Shown one piece after another: positions 1 through 12,951 of a stretch of 64,000 nt of DNA. The stretch's first letter is position 1, and each line of letters begins with the position of its first letter. A model generated the notes under the pieces. It searched no databases, had not been told where the DNA came from, and saw only the letters and a program-made list of their open reading frames with translations. This DNA comes from Setoptus koraiensis (lineage: Eukaryota; Animalia; Arthropoda). The DNA lies in contig CM106585.1 in the NCBI GenBank assembly GCA_048013815.1, positions 23,126,001 to 23,190,000 on the forward strand, written 5' to 3'. A program made the position numbers and the translations under genes.

Positions 1-1294
1 ATAGATGGCTATAGTAGAAAAGCTACATGGGAAGATAAATGAAAGATGCATTTGATTAGACTATTGGCTGTATTGACCTGATATGTTTAGGATACCTCAT
101 CAATCAGGGTTGATTAGTCAATTGGGTGGTAGCATTACCTCAAATCTTCCAAATCTTCTAGCGAATGGTTGGGCTAAGGCCATTACCATCAATATGAAGA
201 GCAACATCCATCCAGTTAGACAGGCACAACCACCTAACCAGCCTATACCCAGATGGGTGTCGATCAATAGACTTGCTAGTGGGATGTTTTTCTCATAAGA
301 GACTCTGTTGAAGTTTAGTATGTGTCCTAAGGTGTGTAATACTGCGTTGATCACTATGAGCCAACCAATTAATTTGTGGAAGTAGACGCTGTCATCCAAC
401 GGTAAATACTGTCCGAATCCTCTACATCTCAGATGATTTATTGATCTGCGACAAACTAATAAAACGATTATTGAACAAAGGAAATTAAGACACTGACCCG
501 ATGCTCTGGCCAACATCAACCATCCGCATTGTCCCCAATAGGTGACTAATCTGGCCGCAAATAGTGCTACTAGTAAAAGGCATAATGAGCAAAAGAAGCC
601 GACACGTGCTAAATTGTTGCTGATGTATTCCCATCTGAGCTTATTCAATATTGGCAATCTAGTAGAATATCTGGCAAGTAGAGAATCCCAACAACTGGTA
701 TTGTTTGTTTTTGCTTTTACACCTGTGTTTGAGCTCGTTAATTGATTGTGGTGCGCTTTTGTCACCAATATCGAGGCTCTTCTTTGTTGATGTTGTTGTT
801 GCTGTTGTTGTTGAGTGTGAAGGCTGTCCGATGTTGGGCTGGTGGTATTGATTAGAGAGAGCTCATTGATGAGATTCGGTCTCAGCTGAAGAACCTCTCT
901 GAGATCAGCAATCGATATTGTGTTACGATCAGTGTGATTGGCTTTGTCGAAAACTGCCTCGGCTATTTGTTCTAGATAATTATCAAATTCCAAACCAATG
1001 TCGTTGGCGCACAGTGCAAGAACGTTCTTCAATTCTTCTCGTTCGATCTTGCCATCGCCTGAAATGAAAGTGGACAAAGTAAACAAATGTTTATCAATTA
1101 GTTAATTTAGGTTGATTAGTTGGTGTTTTTACGGCTGATTGGCGTGCTAATCAACAAGATAGAATCAACGTAACAATGATAATCTTACCGTCTGTATCGT
1201 AGAAGTCGAATAGGTTACGTAACTTCTCATCTGCGTTTCCCTCAAATATGTCTTGTATAAAAGACATTTGAGCACTAGTTTTACTCAAAGCCAT
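1..1294 (-). CDS. NOX5: NADPH oxidase 5 (EF-hand plus ferric-reductase TM region); partial, continues off the left edge, 5' end uncertain
   Basis: Exons 1189-(1251 or 1294), 139-1058 and 1-22; GT-AG introns 1059-1188 and 23-138. Splicing rebuilds a canonical EF loop (FDFYDTDG/DGKIEREE) and the NOX motif FE/LFYYSHL. TM region has ARASGQCLNF, the heme-region His residues (FHKLIG, LHTLGH) and CLTGW. Confidence 0.9.
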
Positions 1295-3014
1295 TGATTT
1301 GATGAAACCAATTTGTTATCTTGATGAAAGATATAACTCACTTACTAAAACATTGGGCTAAAAATCAATTAAGAGGTCAGTTGAATAATAGAGTGACGGT
1401 AATAAGATATGTGATAGGACTATGATTTGAACAGACAAAAACAATTGATTTGCAGATGATGATTTGAATACGTTCAGGTGTGTTAAGAGCACATTTATAA
1501 TTTATCTACACAAATTTGTTAAATGATCCACCAGAGGCTCTCGCGACGTTTCAAGAATGTACACTAAATCACGATGTGTCTCGGTGAATGTTCATTTTGT
1601 TAATCGATTTATTTTAATGAGCATTAAATCAGTTTGGTGAGCGCCAAAACTAGTTCTGTCTCGTCCGGAATAGAGAAAGCATGATGGCGCAGCCCTGGCG
1701 GATTCTTGCCTAAACCGATACGAATGAATTGGATAAAGTATCAATCATCACCGAGTTGCAACTCGCGAAAGGTTGTCATTCGATAAAAAGATACTTTGAT
1801 GAGATACACCTTTGTCACAAAGGCATTGTGAGTATCCACAATATCTAAATATAATGAGCAGTGAAGTTTGACACAACAATTATTATAATCATTGTTATCT
1901 ATGCAGTACGCAGCAATTAATCGATAAAATGTGTGTTGCCCCCATACAGCACCCAATTATGGTGATCATCACACAACAATCATTCCAATATTGATAACAA
2001 GCTATTCTGAATCAATCGATGATGATTGCGTACCCATTGTGTTGTTGTTGTCGCTGTCGCTGTTGTTTATGTTTATGTATGAACACTGACAAAATATTGT
2101 TTTTTGTTTTTACTTCGTCGACTCCGCCAAGCAACTATTGTGTTTTGGCGCGCCAAAACTATATAACTGCATTTCCTCAAGCAAAAAGTTTTTCTGGGAA
2201 TGTCACAATGACTGTTGCTGGAAAACAGGCTATGCGTTCATTCTTTCATGGTCCACTCAACAAGCATTCTTTTCGAAATCCATTCAGTATATCTACCCAA
2301 CCTCTCCGCTATTCTTATCTAATCAATCAATCAATCAAAGGCTTCAAGCTACCACAAGAAGCCCAAAGTCTGAAGAACATCCTTTGTTTTATCTCAAAGT
2401 GATTGATATGAGAACAATCCATTGTATCGTCTGCGTTCTTCACTCATCTTGTTATATGACCAAGTATAACGGACTCGTTTACAGTATTATATGTGTGTGA
2501 TTTTTTTCTGTGTCACTGAGAATGTCCATTTTTCAGTTTCTTCTCTTTGGCTTAGCGAGATCAGCCCTTCAAGACCTTGCCCATGAATACCTTTGAACAA
2601 CTTGGACATGTTCAAGGTTAACGTACCATTAGTTTTAGTTCGGTAACTATATCCTACTGTACTGTGATTGATCTATGCTAGTTTCTTGCCAGCAGAAGTG
2701 ACCAAGAATCGATATGGTCAACCAGCTTGATTTGATGTTGTGCTCGAAAATCATTCAAGCAAGAATTGTACAGAAACTAACTTCTATAGATGAGTAAAAA
2801 ACTTGATTCGTTGACGATTTTCTCGCCTTTTCCGATCGTTTCGCTTACTCTAAAATACTTTATATTCACGATGCAGTGTTCATTTGGACATTAACGAGGA
2901 AACAAGTAAAAAACATCGAAAAAGATCCAGATACCATCGGCGAACATTCTATATATTCTTCATAAAAGTAACTGGTCACCAAGCATTCCAAAGAGGTGCT
3001 ATCAATTTGAAAAA

Positions 3015-3601
3015 ATGTCATCTTCATTAATTGTACAATCTTTCCTGCTGATTATCATAATTTTAATTCTCCTATCAGGTGATAGTAGCGCAACAACACC
3101 ATCAACGCCTCAAACTCCAGGCAGCAACCCCAACAAACAGCAGAATAGCCAAACATCAAACATCGCTAAACAGTATCCATCATCTGCTGATTTTACGTCT
3201 CGTCAAGCAGCCACTGGTCTAATGACTTTCTTATCATCCGTAATACCAAGTGTTGTCAATAGCCTGATGCCGCTGGCCATTCTATTTGGTCTAGGTGCTC
3301 TAGCTGTACCGGCGCTTGGTTTAGGTATACTTCTTCGAAATGACGGTCGCAGAAGGTGAGTAACAGTGTGACTACTAGGTAACAAGCAAAATTTTGATTC
3401 CCTCATCACTGAATGCGTTTACTTACTAAGTTACCTTCCACAACAACGAACATATTCCAATTCAGTGATCTATATACGTCCAGGTCTTATCAAGGTCCAT
3501 CGATGGCCGAATCCATCATTGATTTCTATGATCAAATGTCAAAATTGATCGAGAACGCCGAGAAGAAATACAAGCAAGCTAACAAGACTTATCACTATTG
3601 A
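3015..3601 (+). CDS. Small secreted or membrane-associated protein, 158 aa, 2 exons, unknown family
   Basis: Exons 3015-3355 and 3466-3601, intron GTGAGT...TTCAG (110 nt), frame continuous. N-terminal signal peptide (LLIIIILILLSGDSSA), second hydrophobic segment (LMPLAILFGLGALAVPALGLGILL) followed by GRR, then a helical charged C-terminus. Confidence 0.7.
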
Positions 3602-3835
3602 GATAGAAATTCAGCGCTTCTGGGCTCTTCAGAACAAATTATTTATATTGTACAAAAAATAAGGATATTTCTCAGACAGAAAGCAAGAAGGAACAATAAA
3701 ACAACCAGGTATTCTCAACCAGTGTATCTGCTGGAAAACCAGCACACGTCGTTTATATAATATAGAAAGCAATGTGTAAAAACAGTGCCTAAAACTAATA
3801 CAGTATCGTAAATTTTTAAAGATATTGTTAATTGA

Positions 3836-6800
3836 TCAACGATTCATCTTGAGAGTAAAGAAACTAGCCTTTTTCTTTTCGGGCTCCGATCTCGAAGCCG
3901 GCAGTGTTTGTGCTCTACTGGATGAGCCCTGAGTCGACTGTTCCTGATTAGCGCTGATAGCTGTTGCGATGTGCTGTATCCAAGCATCCATCTCTTGGTC
4001 ATCCTTTGCCTTGAATAGATATTCGGCGCCATTTTGTAGCTTCAGTCGTAAGCAATGTTTTCGCTTGTAATCAGATGCAGCCTCTACTATTGCTTCAAAC
4101 AACTCTATGGGAGGTTCAGTTTGTTTATCCATCTTGGCGTGTTTCTGATCTTTATAGGCTATAAGTTGATTGGGTTTAACCACGAAGTACAGTTTATCCC
4201 AGGCACGATGAGAAGCGGGTTTAGACAACGACTCCCAAATATGTTTCCTGTAGAGATGGCCACGGGTGATGATATCTTCATCACCAGGTCGCTCACCTGA
4301 TTTTGATCAGAAAGAAAGAGGATATTCTCAGTTACTTTGAGCTCATGAGACATTTTAGATCCATCGGAATCTTCTGATAGACATGTGTAAAAGTTTAAAG
4401 ATATACATGCAATCATACAGTTAGAAGGATTTAGATCTGACTGGTGACCCAGCGATCTAGCTGATCTCCTGAACCAGCTAATGTTAAATGGTGATTTTGA
4501 TCTAACTATTGCGGATCTGGTTGAATTGCGATCTAACCAAAACAGATATTTGTTTGTACAATTTCATGCAAAATTAGTTTGTTTGAGTGGTATTGAAGAG
4601 ACATGCAATATAAATAGGTCAGACGTGCACAAAAAAAAGACATAAGTCAAGACATTTTAGGATAGATTTACTCACCGCTAGTTCTATGTCTAAAAGTAGG
4701 AGGAGTTGGACTGATAGACAGTGATTCTGGATAGTCTGAACAATGTTCGAGAGAATTAGACATGCAATTTAAGTTGAGAAACATGCGAGAGGAACATTCA
4801 GTGATTTTGCTAAACAAAAGATAGTACGACGCAAATACTTTGGACTAGTTCTCTAATTTCAGCCAAAGATGAGGAATTCTATTGTTTGCGTGCATTTTGG
4901 ACACCTTTACGGGGGAAACCTTCAGGTTATAGATAGATAAATAATATCAATGAGTAGTGTTACTTACTTTGTTGAGTTTCACTCGTAACTCGCTCAGTTA
5001 GGCTCGATGGGTCAGTTCGACTGTCTTCAGATGGAGACCTAGCGCGTTGTCGATCAGAGGCCCTGGCTGGGTCATCACGACGTGCAGCCTGCTCGGCCAA
5101 TTCTTGGTCGCGTAACTCGAACGTTGTTAGTTTATGTAACGCTTCAAAACGTTCGTGCTGAGCGGCGGCAGATTTTTCGAAAGCTTCGTGCTTCTTAATC
5201 AAAATGTTAACCTCGTCAATGGTATGTCCTAATTCCTTGCTCAGCAAGTATGGTTCTTGTGCCACCAGCCATGCCTCTGCAACCGCTGCATCGCGGGCAA
5301 ACTGATAGACTTCCAAAATTAATTTCAGATGAATCCATCTCTCTTCCCATCTAGAATCCATTGCATTACGTTTATTTTGCAATCCAGCCAACTTTTCCTT
5401 GATTTCATCTCTAGCGTAGTGATTACGCGCTAATAGCTCCTGACCGAGTTTTTCGCAAGTTGTAAAATTGTCTCGGCGCGCAATAATCTCAGCGTTCAGG
5501 CTCTGGTGATTATTCATCAGCAATTCAACTCCTGATACGTCACGAGGCTTCTCGCTAGTATCCATCTGGCGAACAACGTCCTCCATCCAGAGGTTAAGAT
5601 CCCTGACCAAATTGAAGAATTTGAAGAGATCACTAGTGTCAGCGAGGCGTCTTCTTCTAGAATCGCACATGCTCAACAAATTCTTGAGTGCTGTAGTGAC
5701 CTCTAGCTCGCGAGCTTGTATCTCGCGTGACTTGTCACCAGCATAGGATGCCTGCAATTCGGTAGACTCGGCGTGGATTTGGTCAACGCTATTGATTAGC
5801 GTTTGCAAATCATGCTCAAAGTTTTCATGCTTTCTCTGAGAGTTGGACACCGATAGAGCATCACGTCCGACCTCATCACTGAGGGCATTCTGTTTCTCCA
5901 CAATCCTACCGAGAACATCGCGACAGTCATGGAAAAATTGATGTAACTTCCATGAGGCGGATAACTCCAAGCTTCTGTTCTTGATCATCTCTAACAAATC
6001 TGTCCAGGCTTCTTCGAGCATATCTTTCCATTGCGCAATTAGATCTTTATCTCCATGACCGCTGAGTATGAGCTTGTCGGCGTTCTCATTGACCTTCTCT
6101 ACGCGTTCGCTTCCAATCTTTTCGGTATCTTTGGCGAATTGCTTGAAACGGTCACGTAACATTGTAACATGATCGAAGTCCTGACCAAGCTCTCTCGAAT
6201 TGGCCACAACTTCGCGCTCTGAAATCCATTGCATAAGATCTTCGATCTCACGGTTTAGTCCGATCAATTCCGAACCTTGTTCCAATTTTGCGCGTCGTTC
6301 ATTTGCCAAATCTTTCAGATTAGAGTACAGATTATCCACTTGTGACTGGCGTATTCTAATCTTTTCGCTCTCAGGTTGTCTTTCCTCTATCAACTTGTTG
6401 GCCGTGTCATTTAGTTGATTAATATTAGCACCATAATCTCGTATCGCAGCCTCAATAGCTTCGTGCTTCTTCTTGAGATTTTGAGCACTGAATTCATCTT
6501 TGCCCCTTGCATCAGTCATCATGAACAACTCTTGCTCGCTCATCCACTGTTCTGCTTCAGATGCATCGAAATAGTATTGCTGAGCTCTCTCGGATTCTAT
6601 GAGTTTCTCGCGACGCCTGTCGACTTTTTGCTTGAGTTTGTTCCAATTGTCCGACAGTTGGTCAATCAATTGACCGAATTCTTTGGAATCCTCATGGCCC
6701 TCTTCTATAAGACGGCGACCAGTCTGACAAATATTAGTGATTCTTGGCTCATGGTTGTCGATTTCGTTTCGCAAGGATTGATTTTTTCGCAATAGCACCT

Positions 6801-9800
6801 GCACGTCGTAGAGACTGCTTCCGTAATCTTCCGATTCGGCGAGTGGCAGTTTTTCTCTGATCCACATCTTTTCATCATCAACATCCCTCCTGAATTGTAG
6901 GGCCTCTTTTTTCTTGATCAGTTGTTGCTTTCTTTCAAGTAGTGGTGCCTGCAATTTTTGGAATCTCTCTTCAACACGAACTTTTTTAGCTTTTATGACT
7001 TGACTCTTCTCTGGTTCAATTTTTTCTAGGTGCACGGCTTGGTTTTCTAGCTCATTAACTTGACGGGCTCTGTCGGCCATCTGACTTTCAATATTTTGTT
7101 GCTTGACTAAAGCGAGATTCACGCCAGTCAAGTCTTGGCCAGGTTCGGTTGTCAAGATTGGTTCCAATTCATCAATCCATTCCTCGATATCGTCGCAGGT
7201 TTGCTCGTACAGCAATGGTCGATTTGCATCAAATAGTTTTTGACCCTTGTCTTTCGTGATCTTATCCAAACCAGCGAATTGTTGATCGATTTCATTCAAC
7301 CGAGAGTTGACAACTTTAGCTAGATTCGGTTGATCTGCTCTCAGTTGTTCACCCTCTTGGCGCAGTCTGTCCAATCTTTCTTTGTTGGCAGCAATTTCAG
7401 CCTCGTGAGCTTGATGGCGAGTCCATTTACTGTGTAAAGTCTTGGCACTTCTATAAGTCTCATCTTCGGCAATAATTGATTTCTCTTGCATCCATTCATT
7501 CATTTCGTCACAATTGCTCAAGAATTGTTGCAACTGCAGTTGATCTTTCAGTTTCTCGGTAAGGTCATTGGCTCTTTGTATATTACCGTCTCTCTTTTCA
7601 GCTATGGCATTGGCCTTGGAAATGACTTTCTCTCTATCATTATCATTGGCAAAACTGTCTTCGTCTTTGATTAATCGTTGAGCGAAGTTTTCAACATTTC
7701 CCAGTTTTTCTGCATTGGCAGTCATCTTAGTGAGAAATTCTTCATGATTCTTAAGCAGCATTTCCGCTTCCTCCAGGCTTGTAGGTGTTTCATCTTTGCA
7801 GAGATAGTTTTCTTGCTGATTAAGAACGCGTTCTGCTTGCTTAGCATCGCGTAGGAACATTTGTAGGGCATATTGCTGAGATAACAGTTTTTGTCTATTC
7901 TCCCACATCTTATGAACTGCTTTCCAGTCATCATCTAATGAGTTGAGACGTTGTCTTAGGAACAGGTATTGAGGATCACTTTGATCTCGAGTCAATCCTT
8001 CACCATAATCCATCATCTTCTGATGGTCATCGATGTAGTTATCAATCTCTTCTTTTATCTGTTTGTGCTGAGAGATCAATTGTTCAGCTTCAGGTAAAGA
8101 TGCAGGTATATCTTCGGAGGCGATGTCTTTCTGAGTCTTCGAGAGCCATGCTTGGAAGTGATCCAAATCGCGCAAGAATCTATGTAGATCTCCTGCCTCT
8201 TCGAGTTTAGCATCACGATCTTTTATGAGTCTATTCAGATCATCCCAACTTGTTCTGATTCGGTCAACTTCTTTATTAATCTGTTTGGCTTCTTCGGGAT
8301 GGTCTCGCTCAATGCGACGAGATTCAGCCTCAAGCTCAGCAAGTTTGTCTTGGATAGCCTTGAGGTCTCTTTCCATTCCACCCAACCGACGCTGTAAAGT
8401 CATAACTCCAGTCAAATTGTTTCCCAACTCCTCAGTATCTTTGAGTGATTTACTCTTCTCTTCGATCCAAGATACAGTCTCGCTGCATTCAATGTAGAAG
8501 GTTTGCACACCATGGGCTGCTTTAATGTCACCACGCTTTTTATCTGCATAGTCGCGAAGATCTCGCCATGATCTATTCAATTGTTCTTGTCTGCTGATTA
8601 TAGCTTTGGAGTCAGGGTGATCAGTTTCCACCAATTGGCGGCCAAGTTGATTCACTAAACCGACACGGCCTTGATTGGCGTCCATTTCTTGTTCGAAAGT
8701 ATCAAATCTATGACGCATTACTTCAATGTCTTCCATGTCTTTGGTTGGATGCATAGAGTTAAGCATTTTGTGTTTCTCTTGGATCCATTGTTCCACGCCA
8801 TTTGCCTCATTAAACAATTTGTACAATGCACTAGCGTCGATAAGACGTTGTTTACGTTGTCTAGCTAGATCATTGAGCTCAGCGTAACGTTTGTCCACAG
8901 AATCCAACCGACTGATGACATCTGGACTCTTTCGATCGGTTTCTCCAAGATTTTCAGCTTGTTGATGTAAATTATTAATCGTTGTTTCGTAATTTGCCAG
9001 CTCTTCCATCACGTCATTATGTTTCTTTAAGAGAGATTGCGCATTAGCTTCATCAACTCCGACATCTTCACTGGTGACAAGGCGGAAAGTATCGAACATC
9101 CAAGCGTCAACATCATCAGCGTCGGTGAAGAATTGGTGGAAATCTATTGCCTCGGTAAGGCGCATTGTTCTCATTGCCTGTAGTTCTTTTAGATGCTCCC
9201 ACATTGCTTCGATTTCATTCAGTCGGTTTTGAACTCCATCCGCTCCGAAATGGTTCTCCTTGACGAGACTCTCCCCAGTCTTCAGAACATCCATCAATTG
9301 CTGCTCATGAGCTTCCAATTCATCTTCCAAAGTCTTATTCTTGCCAATCAACATATGCACAGTTGTAAGATCGTGGCCAATCTCTTTGGATAGAAGAATC
9401 TGCTCTTTCTCACTAATCCAGGCTTCCTCTTGGTCCATATCCCAATAGAATTGCCACAGCATGCGTGAATCCTCCAATTTCTTGCGGCGTCTAACTGCCT
9501 GCTTGTATAGCTCGTCATAGGCCTTTTCTAGTTCGGCATTTCTTGCGAGAACTTTCGATGGTTCGCATGGTTTGTAGGCATTGGTCTCATCACCGATGAA
9601 CTCTTGTGAGCTCTGAACAACATTTCTAACTCTTTCACCCAAGACATTTATATCCGCCTCCACAAGACTGTGTTTCTGGAGAAGATCTTCGACACCCATG
9701 AGATGCTTGCCGTGATCATCTGTCACAAGTCTCGATTTTAACTCGTCCATAGAGGCTTGAATATATTGCATTTCTTGGAACAATTGCATCATTGTCATGA

Positions 9801-11370
9801 ATCTCTCCAACCTCATGCGTCGGTTGGAAAGCAATTCAAGCAAATAGTTCCATAATTTGAGAACATTATCTTTTCTGGCGTTGATTCGGTCAGAATCGTG
9901 GTACTTTTCTGCCTCCAAATCACTCGCAACAGCAATGACAGCCTGTACACGTTCTTCGTAGGCGAATATGTCCGTTTCGATAGCCTCATGCTTCTTGAAA
10001 GCGGCTTCAACAGAAGCAAGATCATTGCCGAATACATCCTTGTTCACAAGACGTTGATTTTCGCTCAGCCATTGCTCCCTCATGCCAGCTTTCTTATCGA
10101 ACCTGGACGCAAGTTGTTCCAGTTTCTCTTGACGGATGAGTTCTTCCCTAAGGGCGAGCTCTCTACCGTGTTCGGCTTTTTCCAAACTTTCCCACGCGCG
10201 GTTGATATCATTAATCAATTTGCCTTCTCCAGGTGTGTAGGGTTTTTGATTGTTGGCCCTCATACGACTCTTAATAGTATACAAAGCCACTTCTAAATCA
10301 CCTTTCTCTGCGAACTTGGGAGGCTTCTCATGAGTTCGATAGTTGTTGAATTGAGAAAGTTCATGCTTGACACCTTCCAAAGAGTTAGGAAATTGACGTC
10401 CAGAAAGGCCCTCTATTGTTGCTTCGATCCATTTTAAAAGTTTTGAAGTTAAAGTCTCATACTCGTTGATGAGTTTTTCATTTTCCATTGCTTTGCCAAC
10501 AGCGCCGCCAATACGTCTACCTTGCACAGTATCTGCTTTCATTTTTGAAAAATAATGGTAATAGGTTACAACGTAGGTTATGATGGACTTTTCATCAGGG
10601 TTATCTGTAAACACATCCTCAGCATCCAAGAGACGAGCTAGGCCTAGCTTTTCTTCAGCTACTTGGAAAGCATTGTTGAGATTTCTGATTGGTTCAGATT
10701 TGCTAAGTTTTTCGTATTGAATCAAGTCAGGACGGTGCTTGTGTATAATTGCATTAAAAGCTAGACCGTCTTTGAAAGAAGATGTAAAGTTTCTGACATT
10801 GACATTGCTATATCCAGCAGTTTTCATTTGAGCCCATAAAAGCAAGGCATCCTTGGCCGATTTCGTTTCTTGATTATCAATTTCCTCGATAGTAATGTCT
10901 TGAATTTGAAATCTTAAAATAATAGTCCATATTAAACCTAAAGTTAGACGGGGATTACCCTCAACAATGTCCTTTGGGCCTAAATTTTCCAAATGTACAC
11001 GTTGTTCGTGTAATAGAAATTGCAATGCTTTGCCTACATTTTCCAAACAATGTATGATCATTTTGCCTTTGGTGGGCTTAGGCAACCTTTCACCAGATAA
11101 TATTTCCAACAGTTTTATAAGCATTTTGCCATCGCGCAAATCAGTGTATAAATCTCCTATTTTACAATTGGCTCTAATCAAATGTGAATTAACCCATTTG
11201 CAGAATGTTTTCTTCTGAACGTTTTCACGTTCAACAGCAAGTGCCATAATTCTGTTGCGCTCAAAGAGACGCGACGAACTATTTCCGCCATCGTAATCAT
11301 AGTCGTAATCCTCGATCTCCGTGTTGGTCTCGGGATCCCAACGCATACTCACCGAAATATCGGTAGTCAT
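3836..11370 (-). CDS. SPTBN/beta-Spec: Beta-spectrin (2 CH domains, spectrin repeats, C-terminal PH domain), 2287 aa in the exon-skipped form
   Basis: Exon 4968-11370 carries CH1/CH2 (VQKKTF.KWVNSHL, SAKDALLLW), spectrin repeats and the tetramerisation helix pair (LILEVYQFARDA). A phase-1 GTAAGT donor at 4967 joins the acceptor at 4297 into exon 3836-4296 encoding PH (GHLYRKHIWES...RAWDKLYFV...EMDAWI) and the KKKASFFTL tail. Confidence 0.97.
4419..4532 (-). CDS. Predicted in-frame 114-nt alternative exon of beta-spectrin (RNSTRSAIVRSKSPFNISWFRRS...)
   Basis: TCTGTTTTGGTTAG acceptor, GTATGA donor with TGCATG 7 nt downstream, phase 1 to phase 1, no stop. RSKSPF resembles the RSKSPF-type insert I recall from insect beta-spectrin isoforms. 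Confidence 0.7.
4676..4735 (-). CDS. Predicted in-frame 60-nt alternative exon of beta-spectrin (NYPESLSISPTPPTFRHRTS)
   Basis: TTGTTCAG acceptor, GTGAGT donor, phase 1 to phase 1, no stop, flanked by TGCATG motifs. Confidence 0.6.
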
Positions 11371-12951
11371 TTTGTTATATTGCTTAGTATTTGGGTATAA
11401 TGATGATTATTAATTGATTAAAAATGTGTTGGGTGTTTTATGAATGTGCTGAACTGGATGTATTATGTACATCGGGCGACGATAATTGAATAATAATTGA
11501 ATAATAATTGAAAAAACAATGATAACAATGATAATAAGAGTAGAATTGTGTATTGTTATTGTTAACGAGGTTGCTGAGATGGCAAATAAAGCGGTATCAG
11601 TGAATGGAATGTGATCTCGTGTTTGGTGTCATGCGGTTTGCAGCGGCGTCATACTAACCTAAAAACAGGCACGCCTTTATGTAAGTCATAGGAACTGTTC
11701 GTTCGTGCTATCTCGATGCATATGGTTATAAACGAGAATCATATTTGTATAGTTGAAGTGTTTAATTTGCAACAATGATTATTAATGTTGATTGAATACT
11801 ATTGCTATTAGACTAATTTGTTTATTATTTACTGCGCTTCCTCTTTTGATTATGATTATATGGTTAAATATTGATTAAATGTGTGAGTATAGTGTAAATT
11901 TGTATATATTTTGTGTAAAGGCTTATCTTATATCAATGATAGCAATAATTGTATAGTAGTGGTAAAGGTGATCCGGTATAATAATGACGAGCCCTACAAT
12001 TTGTCTTTATTCCAATATTTCGCTTTCCCTTTATCTTTATCTCTTTTTTTATCCATGAGACTCTACGATCCTCCGCTCATAACGATGGTACAGACGAGAG
12101 GATGTCGGATAATGGGGGAAGAAAATGGAATAAAAAATCTTTATCGAACTTTATGCTGTATAGCTGCTGATGTAGCTGTAGTTGCAAACACAATGCAAAC
12201 TTGAGAAGCATCCATCTGTACAAACACACACACATACGAACAAACAGACAGACGGGGACACAGGCAGGCAAAATCATGGAGACACACGCACTAACGCACG
12301 CACAAGGGAGAGACTCATTAGCGAACTAACAGGGTTTCTCTCTTGTGCTGCTGCTGATTTTGCTGCGTTATGTTATACAGACACACACAGCAGGCACGCA
12401 TTACATTATAATAATCATGCTCCATAGCGTGTGTACATGCAGCCAGTACAATGCAGCATATAAAAGCGGGCGAGCGAGCGAACAAACGAACAAACGAACC
12501 AACGAGCGAACGAACGAAAAGAGCGAACAAACCACAGCAGCAGCAACAGCGCATTAGCAGTGCTGGTGTGGGGAGACACGCCTAAATAAAAATACAGTTC
12601 TATCTGCAGGTCGCACACAATTGCGATGCAACATCCTAGACACCATAGAGACCAGTCAAGGCCGCCCGCGCCCGTCTAGCTTACACACTGCTTTGTTTCG
12701 TTCTGTGCGTGTGCTTGTGCGTGTGCGTGTGCGTCATCCCATGTGTGGGTGTGTTGCTGGGCTGTAAAGCCTGCGTCAGCTGCTTCAGCAGCAGCAGCTT
12801 CACTATCGTGCAAATCGTTTGTACCGTACACTTGTTAGTCTATTGGAGAGACGCATTTACTTCTTGTTTTATTCCTAACAACTCTCATTACTCACTAACT
12901 AACTATTGTTACTATTGATATTATCATCAACATCTCCGCGACAGCAACACT

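Larger units (their letters stand above)
4406..4766 (-). promoter_or_regulatory. Cluster of four UGCAUG (Rbfox-type) splicing elements
   Basis: CATGCA on the plus strand at 4406-4411, 4565-4570, 4602-4607 and 4761-4766, plus one GCATG at 4782-4786, all within a 671-nt interval. Confidence 0.65.

Noticed and set aside
6200-11218. Numerous plus-strand ORFs over the spectrin gene
   Set aside because: Antisense shadows of a long coding exon with no recognisable motifs; the same applies to ORFs opposite XPO7, ASK1 and the FYB-like gene.
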